NCBI GenBank assembly: GCA_964248365.1
Contig: CAXTYC010000059.1
Location: 1 to 17,535 of the forward strand
Source: an uncultured Chroococcidiopsis sp.
GTDB lineage: Bacteria; Cyanobacteriota; Cyanobacteriia; Cyanobacteriales; Chroococcidiopsidaceae
Length of the DNA stretch: 17,535 nucleotides
Reading direction: 5' to 3'
The number at the start of each line of letters is the position of its first letter. The first letter of the stretch is position 1. The translations under genes and the position numbers were made by a program. Below, in pieces: positions 9,094 to 16,685 of the stretch. Below the pieces are notes generated by a model. The model was given only the letters and a program-made list of their open reading frames with translations. It was not told the origin of the DNA and searched no databases.

Positions 9094-9594
9094 TTAAGAA
9101 CTAGATTTTTGATAAATTTCGTGAGGCATGACACTTTTTACATTCCCTCCAGTTTGCGTAAGTTCAAGTGTTTGCCCATTGTTTTGCAAAGAAAATGAAA
9201 TAACCATATAATGATTCGAGTGCTTATAGGTTTTTGGGAGTGAGGTTTGAGCCGCCATAGGTCCCCAGACGCAACCTGCAAAGTTCTCGACAGTAGAAGT
9301 TTGCGTGTGAAATGTTATTTCATTTCCTTTTACAGTGAAACTACCTTTATCAGTCTGAGAGTTAGTTGTCGTGCACTGGCTATATACACTTTCAGAGGTA
9401 TAAGTGTTGTAAACTTCGTAGTAGCTACCATCAGGATTTAAACGAAGTGTATCACTATAATTTTTATGTCCTTTATCTTCCCATTCACCTATAAGTGAAG
9501 GTGGTATTGGATCTGATGCTACCGATTGTTTAGGATGTTGGTAAATAAGCGTTGCTGTGACTACAGTAGCCAGAGCTATAATTGTCCGCTTCAT
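9094..9594 (-). CDS. Small secreted hypothetical protein, possibly a lipocalin-like beta-barrel
   Basis: 166 aa, AGGAG upstream of ATG, signal-peptide-like N-terminus, early 'LIGEW' (GxW) motif, beta-strand pattern ('GSFTVKGNEITF'), two Cys. Confidence 0.75.
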   Translation of the reverse strand: MKRTIIALATVVTATLIYQHPKQSVASDPIPPSLIGEWEDKGHKNYSDTLRLNPDGSYYEVYNTYTSESVYSQCTTTNSQTDKGSFTVKGNEITFHTQTSTVENFAGCVWGPMAAQTSLPKTYKHSNHYMVISFSLQNNGQTLELTQTGGNVKSVMPHEIYQKSSS

Positions 9595-9694
9595 ACTAAT
9601 TGCTCTCCTGATTACGATACTAAAGTTTTAGAACTCCACAACATACAATATTTCTGGGTTTTGAAGCTCATGCAATAATTCAATTTCTCTCTGG

Positions 9695-9916
9695 TTACAG
9701 CTTGAAAATCAGGTTATAAAAAAGATTGTTGCCAAGAGTTGCACTACCATCAATCCTGTCTGCCGATGCACCATTAATTGAAGCGTTAGGTGTGAGGCGA
9801 AAACGTTCTGCACCCAGAGTGTTATCAGGGGTGATTTGGGATAAAGCTGGTGTGCCAGCAAGGATCGTAAAGCCGCATAACAGCAATAATGGCAGATCTG
9901 CGTAACTGTTTGTTAT
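9695..9916 (-). pseudogene. Truncated 5' stub of a second FHA-like gene
   Basis: 'YADLPLLLLCGFTILAGTPALSQITPDNTLGAER' is identical to the N-terminus of the 8116 gene. The homologous start codon is ATA (9914-9916), similarity ends at 'NLF', and a stop follows at 9695. Confidence 0.85.
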
Positions 9917-10163
9917 AAATAATACGGTGTGGATTAGAGGAGCGACAATGCGATCGCAAACAAAAATCAACCCATGAAAAAATTATTTCTTTAGTGACAT
10001 TGACAACATTCCCGTAGTCCCCACAGTACATGAAAGAACGTCTAGTTATTTATTTGACTTTTCGGCAGTAGAAGCGCCTGATGTACACAAAGCCGCAACG
10101 TATGCTTCACGATTCTTCTTAAAATCATCAGATGGTTGCTGAACTTGAAACAGAGTCTGCAAA
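9719..10163. repeat. Direct repeat copy B
   Basis: Aligns with 7919-8363 (see copy A). Confidence 0.92.
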
Positions 10164-10825
10164 GCATCTGACCAAAGGTGATGGATATTATTGTCGGTTT
10201 TGTGTTTGATTGGGTAATTGAGAAAGTAATCCGCTTTTCTCAGGGCAATTTCTTCATCAGATGCTCTAGTTTCTCGTAGTTTTTGCTCTAATGTTTGCAA
10301 GTCAGCTTGAATTTTGTTGCGATCGCTTGCTGGCATTACTTGAAAAATTCCCCGCTCTGTAGTATTGGATAATTGCCATTGATATTGCTTGCCAGGTGAC
10401 AAGGGGTTTTTAGCGTTGTAAAAAACTTTTTGGTCTGCAAGGTTAACTGTTTGTTCCCACACCACTGAATTATTGTCGAGATCGCGGACAATTAATTGAA
10501 CTTCTTGATTTACACCTGGAGAGTGCCACATAAATAATGGGCGATCGCTCCAGACAAAGTATGTTTCAATTAAACCAGGTGCGATCGGACTAACATTACC
10601 TCGTGATATCAATCGCGTTTTAGGGCGACGCTGCCAAAAAGAGGCAACCCAACCAGCAAATGTATTCTGTGCAATGATTTGTCCATCACGGTATGTAGAG
10701 ACGTTATATTTAACGTCTCTAATTGCATATATAACGTCTCCACTCCCACCAGAAGCAATAACAAAGGGAACCAGTGCAAAGCTAAATAATGACTTGCGAC
10801 AATTGCAATTTAAAAAATTAAGCAT
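10046..10825 (-). CDS. Exported DUF928-like protein
   Basis: 259 aa. Hydrophobic N-terminus, then 'SRG', 'DRPLFMW', 'PLSPGKQYQW' and a helical tail 'LWSDALQTL', which resemble DUF928 proteins. The start overlaps the upstream stop by 8 bp. The family call rests on recalled motifs and gene context. Confidence 0.65.
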   Translation of the reverse strand: MLNFLNCNCRKSLFSFALVPFVIASGGSGDVIYAIRDVKYNVSTYRDGQIIAQNTFAGWVASFWQRRPKTRLISRGNVSPIAPGLIETYFVWSDRPLFMWHSPGVNQEVQLIVRDLDNNSVVWEQTVNLADQKVFYNAKNPLSPGKQYQWQLSNTTERGIFQVMPASDRNKIQADLQTLEQKLRETRASDEEIALRKADYFLNYPIKHKTDNNIHHLWSDALQTLFQVQQPSDDFKKNREAYVAALCTSGASTAEKSNK

Positions 10826-13223
10826 GATTTTGTTTTCTGGTAGCGGATATAACGTAAGCTAAGAAAACCGACGAGGGCAAAAACCAGGGAAGTAAAACCC
10901 CAGCAGATATATAAATCTGAGCAACAACAATACCATAGATAATCGCTCCACCCAGTGAACTTGTCAGGATTTGCCAACGAAGCTTTGGACTCAAACAGGA
11001 TTGACGTTTAAGCACAACGAAAGTAATTTTACCCAGAATGATCGCAACTGCGATCGCCCAGATATCAGGAATGGGAATTACCAAATGGCGCGTGAGGAAA
11101 TGGTGAGTCATATATGCCAAAGATTCACCCCCTGTAAACGAAGATTGCTGCGTCCAATAGCTCATAGCAGAGGGTGCAGGTAAGCGATCTGGTTGACCTG
11201 GTGCAATTCCCAGACGTTCATCGCTTCCTACCGCAATCAAAACCACTTGTTTAGAAATTAATGGAAAGGAATTGAGATCTGGGTTTTCGATCAATTTCCA
11301 GGCGGGTATCTTTGTATAAACTTGATTGGGAGGAAGGGAAAAATCAATTAGAGGCTGTAACCCAAAAGGCGACCGCACAGGGAACAGTGCAGCTAAGTTA
11401 CCTGTTTTAGGGTTCTTCTGCTTAATAACATCTAGCAGTTGTGCGCGCAAATTTGTCGCTCGGTTGGTTTGCGGCTTGGGAAGTTGGGTTATTTCCTCTT
11501 TAGCTGTCTGCACGAGTGACATTAAATATGAAATTGGGCAAGCTTGACGACAATCTCGCGTGTCAGAAGGCAATTCAACACGGTAAGGATCGGCATCGAC
11601 ATATCCTTGCAAAGTCCAATTCCACTTGTTAATACCAAGAGCTTCATTTGTGCCTACTTCTCTGTTGGGTTCGAGAAGTGCGCCAAAGATTAACCACATA
11701 TTCCGATCTACGGCGCGATGTACCGCTACGCCTAAATTTTTATCACCGGATAGGGGGTCTTTTTGTGGCGTATCAAAGATAAAATCCAAGCCTACCACAG
11801 AAGCATTTAACTTTCTCGTACCATCAACTAACGATGCGATGTAGCTGCGGTTCATGGGGTGAAACTGGGAATTGGGAAGTTTAGCGCGATAGAGCGATTC
11901 GGTATCAATTTCTACCAATGCCACTGGAGGGGCTTCCTCAGTTGGTATTTGTGCCGTCAAATTACGGTAGACTGCCTGAGTAAACATTCGTGCATCCAAC
12001 AGCAGATCTTGGACGGGAGGGAGCAAGCTCAAAGTGAGAGTTGCAGCAAGAGCAATCGCCTCAATTTGATTTGGTAGGCTCCCTCTCAGGCGCTGTTTCC
12101 ACCCAAAGGTCGGGATGCGGTATAATTTCGCACCAGGATGGCAAAACAGGGAAGGAACTAGGTAGGACGAGGGGTAAGTGTGGCTTTTTTCCATCCGCAA
12201 ATATTGCCGCGCCTCCATCACTGACTCGTATATATCGAGGTGTTTGGCTAACCCTTGCAGAAATCGCACTAGAAATTCTTGGGCGACGCGGTTGTGAATC
12301 GGTTCGCGCATGACTACAACTTGACCAAAACCCAAGTTAACTAATGTATCAGCGATATTTAACCCACTGCATGAGTTGAAAATAGCCACATTTAATCCGC
12401 GTTTTCTGGCTGCACTTAACTGGGGTGCAATTTCGCTAATAGAAATTGATACACCAGGAGCAATACCTAATTCGCCCCCCGTCATTTGAGTTTCGTTGCT
12501 GTGTCCAGCAAAAAACAGCACATCCCATCCTTGCGGATCGGTGATCGCATCGCTTATTTCCCCAATAACTTGACTGAGCGTTTTTTCTGGTTGCCAACCT
12601 ACGAACTCAACATCTGGAAAAAGCGACGAGACAGCCAGACGATCTGCCTGAAAATTCAACCCAGTATTATCGCCCAAAATCGCTAAAATGCGGGTGCGCC
12701 CCTGACGTTTGCTCACCTGCGCGGTTTCGTTCCCAATATTTAGAGGTGCGCGAATGATTTGAATTGCTGCTGAGGTAGCAAATTCAGTTCCAATTTCCCA
12801 CGCTTCCCAAGGAAAGCGATCTAATTCAATCGGCGCACAGGTGATAAAGACTTGCAGTGCCTCTGTCGATCCTGACATCACTAGTTCCTGGCTTGCCTGT
12901 GCGATCGCTGCCCGAATTTCGTATAATTCAGCACTACGCAACCAATCATGAAACTCAAACATCAACTCGGCTTCTGTTCTGACGAGTTCCGCGTGCCAGT
13001 CTGTGGCGATCGTAGCAACCCCACTACCAACCGTCCGTCCTCGCATCTGTTCCGACTGATAAAAGCCCAAATATGCCCGTCGCCAGTCTTCATATAGCCG
13101 AGCCAAGGAAGTTAGATAATTAACCTGTGCGGTTAATCTTTGCCCCTGTCCCCAGGACAACTCGAACAAACAAATTTGCTCTATCTTTTGAACTTTTAAA
13201 TTAAAAATATGGTAATGAATCAT
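10818..13223 (-). CDS. CHAT protease-CHASE2 sensor fusion, membrane protein
   Basis: 801 aa. N-terminal CHAT domain ('DRFPWEAW', 'RILAILG', 'DVLFFAGHS' His, 'IFNSCSG' Cys, 'VVVMREPI'), then a hydrophobic segment, a CHASE2-like region ('VALVEIDTES', 'NRSYIASLV', 'VVGLDFIFD', 'QVVLIAV', 'GGESLAYM'), and three C-terminal TM-like segments. No C-terminal kinase or cyclase domain. Confidence 0.85.
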   Translation of the reverse strand: MIHYHIFNLKVQKIEQICLFELSWGQGQRLTAQVNYLTSLARLYEDWRRAYLGFYQSEQMRGRTVGSGVATIATDWHAELVRTEAELMFEFHDWLRSAELYEIRAAIAQASQELVMSGSTEALQVFITCAPIELDRFPWEAWEIGTEFATSAAIQIIRAPLNIGNETAQVSKRQGRTRILAILGDNTGLNFQADRLAVSSLFPDVEFVGWQPEKTLSQVIGEISDAITDPQGWDVLFFAGHSNETQMTGGELGIAPGVSISISEIAPQLSAARKRGLNVAIFNSCSGLNIADTLVNLGFGQVVVMREPIHNRVAQEFLVRFLQGLAKHLDIYESVMEARQYLRMEKSHTYPSSYLVPSLFCHPGAKLYRIPTFGWKQRLRGSLPNQIEAIALAATLTLSLLPPVQDLLLDARMFTQAVYRNLTAQIPTEEAPPVALVEIDTESLYRAKLPNSQFHPMNRSYIASLVDGTRKLNASVVGLDFIFDTPQKDPLSGDKNLGVAVHRAVDRNMWLIFGALLEPNREVGTNEALGINKWNWTLQGYVDADPYRVELPSDTRDCRQACPISYLMSLVQTAKEEITQLPKPQTNRATNLRAQLLDVIKQKNPKTGNLAALFPVRSPFGLQPLIDFSLPPNQVYTKIPAWKLIENPDLNSFPLISKQVVLIAVGSDERLGIAPGQPDRLPAPSAMSYWTQQSSFTGGESLAYMTHHFLTRHLVIPIPDIWAIAVAIILGKITFVVLKRQSCLSPKLRWQILTSSLGGAIIYGIVVAQIYISAGVLLPWFLPSSVFLAYVISATRKQNHA

Positions 13224-13448
13224 AATTTACATAAATTCTCAATATTTGGCTAAATCAGTGTAAGTTGTGAACAGGTAAAAATCCTTTATTTTGAAAGCAA
13301 TATACTGCATTTTTAGGAGAGAATTATTAAAAAACACTGTGCTTAATGAAGGTAAACTATTTACATAATTTACTGAATATTAATTAAAATTAAGTTGTTT
13401 ATATTCTTTTTAGATGAACGATTGCTGAGGAATTTTGATCTGAGGAAT

Positions 13449-14747
13449 TTAAGTCGTTGCTTCCAGTTTCAAACCGAAAGGCGGAATTTCAAATACAGCT
13501 TCATCGTCCGCAGTCACTGTTACCCAGAACCGTTCGTCCCAGTTGCCGATAACTTGAGCGTAGAGTATACCCTGCCTCGTGTCTGACAACGATTGTGTGA
13601 ATAATGGCTGTGTTTCGTCGCGCACCTTTAATTTGAGAGTTTTTGGCATTTGCGCTTGTGGCTGGGAACCCAAAACAATCAGCAACATCCATTCTGGTTC
13701 TGATGTTTCGGATAGCACCCAGGTAATTGCGTACAGCCGGAAACCGCCTCGTTCATAGCCCAAGTCGCGGTAAGCACCCCGCGCCTCTGGGGGAATGTGA
13801 ATTCCCTGCTTTTCCAATCCAGCTCGAATTTTGTGGAAATTATCTGACAAAGAGCGCATTTTTAACAACACTAGTGACGGCGGCATCAGCATCCACCCCA
13901 ATTCCTGCGCTACCGCATCAATTCGATTGCGTAACCAATAACCGACATTGATTAGGGGTGGCGCAAACGATCCACTTGCAGCCTGATAAGCCCAGTCAAT
14001 CAAGTCTGGGTTACTCAGCAGTGTTGTGCCTTCTTTTACTGTGAGCAATTGGGAAGGATGCTGAGTTTGCAGCCCAGATTTTAGGTTTGTCAGCTTTTGC
14101 CGCAACGCTACGATTGTATTATTTTCGACAGCAGCTAGTGGAAATGGTAGCCTAATTGTATCTGCTTCCAGACAGCGGAGATTGAGCAGTAGCGCGTCTG
14201 GATCTGGGTTAAACGTGGTTGAAGGTAGCGTATATGTCCAATCTGTATCTATTTGTAACCCTTCTGACTCTTTATATTTCTGGTACTGCTCGTAGCTCAT
14301 AAATCCAGATACAGCAACTTGCTCCTCTTCCTCTTCAACCTGCATCAGCACGTAGAAATGAGCGGCAAAATCAGGGATGTCGAAAACTGCGAAAGGAATG
14401 CTTTGTTCCTCTGTTAAATTGCTAGCAGTCACCAAGCAGAGTTTGAAGTTACCAACAGAGATATTACACGCCGCTGCGATCAAATTTGCATAAGGGGGTT
14501 GCCAAATTGTGGCGTTACGCTGCTGCAAATGCAAATCAGGAGCGCGTTGGTTGAGCCATTGCTCAAATCCCAAAACTCCCAATGCACAAAGGTATACTTG
14601 CCAGCTTTGTTGTGGCAAGGGGATCGATTTACAAAGACGTGCAGCCTTCTGAAAATGCTCAGGTGATAGTTCGGTGTGCGTTTCGTTGAGAGACTGCCAA
14701 TCGAGCAAGTCTGTTAAGTCTGAAATTGGTGCAGGTGGATCTATCAT
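13449..14747 (-). CDS. DUF1822 family protein
   Basis: 432 aa. 'SWQVYLCALGVLGFEQWL', 'AHFYVLMQVEEE..VAVSGF', 'INVGYWL..GW', and a C-terminal beta domain 'LKLKVRDE..LYAQVIG..ERFWVTV' follow the pattern I recall for cyanobacterial DUF1822. ATGA overlap with the upstream gene. Confidence 0.8.
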   Translation of the reverse strand: MIDPPAPISDLTDLLDWQSLNETHTELSPEHFQKAARLCKSIPLPQQSWQVYLCALGVLGFEQWLNQRAPDLHLQQRNATIWQPPYANLIAAACNISVGNFKLCLVTASNLTEEQSIPFAVFDIPDFAAHFYVLMQVEEEEEQVAVSGFMSYEQYQKYKESEGLQIDTDWTYTLPSTTFNPDPDALLLNLRCLEADTIRLPFPLAAVENNTIVALRQKLTNLKSGLQTQHPSQLLTVKEGTTLLSNPDLIDWAYQAASGSFAPPLINVGYWLRNRIDAVAQELGWMLMPPSLVLLKMRSLSDNFHKIRAGLEKQGIHIPPEARGAYRDLGYERGGFRLYAITWVLSETSEPEWMLLIVLGSQPQAQMPKTLKLKVRDETQPLFTQSLSDTRQGILYAQVIGNWDERFWVTVTADDEAVFEIPPFGLKLEATT

Positions 14748-16165
14748 GGTTTGGTGTGACTAGAATCGAGATAACGACAGAGACGACGAGCGAGTAAACC
14801 GCGTAGGGGTTGATTGCGAATCGGATTTTTTACTTCAAATTCTGCTTCAGAGATGATGCCTGAAATTTGTTCATCCAAAATCACTTTTACCTGCCGATCT
14901 AAACTTTGCAAGCATTCGGAGTCTGCAAATAGTTTGGCAGTATCGAGAACGCGATCACGCAACATCACTAACAAATGTTGACGAATATCAACTCGTAATT
15001 CATTAAGTTTTAATAACCGTGTTACTTCATATTGTTTTTTCAGCCCAATTTGTGGTGCAATTTGAGTCATAGATTGACCTTGACAATGAAAAAGATGTAA
15101 AGCAGTTATAAACGATTGTTCGTCAAAAGAACGCTTGGGTTTAAACTTAGAAATAAAATCATTAATAACTTGAGAAATAGCTTCATCTAAACATTCGAGA
15201 AATTGAGTTTGATACAACTTAATAAATTCAATTTGCTCAGAGTCATCGACGGTAACTTGCGATCGCTCCACCATTGGTTGAATTTCTGGTTGATCAAAGG
15301 AAACCGAAGAAACAGATCCCCCTTGTGCTGCAATCCGATATTGTCTTAGTTTGGTTGCGAGCGCTTGCAGTTGGTTTAATATTGCCCCTGCGCTTAGTAT
15401 GCGATTGGTTCGAGTATGCAATTCACCAGCAATGCGAGTTAACTGCTCGTCTGTTGGTGGCACACAGGGTAGCGTTGCTCCCACAAGTCGTTGTGACAAA
15501 CGATCTTGACGATAAACTGCATGGTAACTTACCAACAGTTCGCACATCTGCTGAATTTCAACCGACGTTAAGCAATACATATCAGCGAGAATTTTTTGTA
15601 ACTGCTTGGAATTTATATCATTTAAAAGCGCCCAATCGCTAATCAGAAAAACGCCATGCTGGAGAAGAAATCGCTTGAGTTCTGGATGTTGCTTAACATA
15701 GCGATTCACCCATGTATTGAGCGATCCTTTGGCTGGATCGAATGTTTTTAAGACGGTGGTTGCTAATGATTGATACGAGCTTTGAGTTAATGCTCTCTTG
15801 CTTCGCTGCCCTTTTGGCGTTGCTAAAAGTACTTCATCATCCAATACAAACGGTAATAAATCTTGACAAGTAAAACCGTTACGGTTGCCAAACTTCGTTG
15901 CTAAGTCTAAACAAACTTGATAGATTTGGTAGGAGATGTAGCAACGCAGACATATTTCGGCTAGATAGCGTTCATCGGTGTCGGTTTCTATAGGTTCGCG
16001 CATTTGTTGCCAAAGAGAGCGCACAAGCGCAGCATTGGAAACTTCAACCTTTTGCGCCAACCCTTGCTTTTGAAGATAAGTTTGAGCAGCGACAACCATT
16101 TCAACAGAGCATTTACTAGTAGAATCTAACTTGACAAACTGCCAAAATTTTGATAGACAATTCAC
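14744..16165 (-). CDS. Sigma-70-like / HTH transcriptional regulator (hypothetical)
   Basis: 473 aa, GTG start. 'VLKTFDPAKGSLNTWVNRYV' resembles sigma region 2.2-2.3, and 'LHLFHCQGQSMTQIAPQIGLKKQYEVTRLL' resembles a region 4.2 HTH. The CDS is well supported; the sigma function is inference. Confidence 0.65.
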   Translation of the reverse strand: MNCLSKFWQFVKLDSTSKCSVEMVVAAQTYLQKQGLAQKVEVSNAALVRSLWQQMREPIETDTDERYLAEICLRCYISYQIYQVCLDLATKFGNRNGFTCQDLLPFVLDDEVLLATPKGQRSKRALTQSSYQSLATTVLKTFDPAKGSLNTWVNRYVKQHPELKRFLLQHGVFLISDWALLNDINSKQLQKILADMYCLTSVEIQQMCELLVSYHAVYRQDRLSQRLVGATLPCVPPTDEQLTRIAGELHTRTNRILSAGAILNQLQALATKLRQYRIAAQGGSVSSVSFDQPEIQPMVERSQVTVDDSEQIEFIKLYQTQFLECLDEAISQVINDFISKFKPKRSFDEQSFITALHLFHCQGQSMTQIAPQIGLKKQYEVTRLLKLNELRVDIRQHLLVMLRDRVLDTAKLFADSECLQSLDRQVKVILDEQISGIISEAEFEVKNPIRNQPLRGLLARRLCRYLDSSHTKP

Positions 16166-16420
16166 AGTAGTTTCATTGACTCAAAGCTAATTGTTCATAA
16201 TTTTTTCACCTCCTGAAAGTAAAAGCAATCTGAAAGGTGCGATCGCACCCGTTATATTCTTCTATTTCTGGCGAGGGCGAACTCATGCAAATGCAAAAAA
16301 ATCGCCAAGCGAAGGCTGTGCCAGGAGGCTCTTGCCTCTCAGGGTAAACGCATCTAAATTCACCAGAGGATATTCGTCGCATATTCAATTTCTCCCGACC
16401 CTATGCCCAGACTAGTTTTT

Positions 16421-16529
16421 CTCAATAAACTATAAGTTATTGCCAACTCTCTCAACTCAATTTTTTCTCAATAAGCTCAAGTTTATTGCAGCTATTCTCA
16501 ATAAACTGGGGATTTTTCCAGCTTATTGA
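16421..16529. promoter_or_regulatory. Putative recombinase binding / crossover region with three dyads of half-site CAATAARCT
   Basis: CTCAATAAACTATAAGTTATTGC (16421-16443), CTCAATAAGCTCAAGTTTATTGC (16467-16489), and TCAATAAACTGG-GGATTTTT-CCAGCTTATTGA (16498-16529), about 155 bp upstream of the recombinase gene. Confidence 0.65.
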
Positions 16530-16685
16530 TATGATGCGTTTGCCCTGGGCTTTAAGTGGCTGAGGAGCGTTTGAGTGGACAACGAAACATCAAGGGTTTC
16601 CGGCGCTAGGCGATCTAACTTGCAAATGACAGTATAATCCAATTTAGCCTTGATACTATTCTCTAGCCTAAAGACCTAGACTACC

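Noticed and set aside
4600..9594. CdiA/CdiI toxin-immunity pair
   Set aside because: The FHA has no VENN motif or recognisable toxin tip, and the small gene is upstream and secreted rather than immediately downstream and cytoplasmic.
7919..10163. Diversity-generating retroelement TR/VR pair
   Set aside because: No reverse transcriptase is present, mismatches are not restricted to adenines, and the repeat spans a gene junction.
16421..16529. Mini CRISPR array
   Set aside because: Only three imperfect units with irregular spacing (46 and 30 bp). The dyad structure fits protein-binding sites better.
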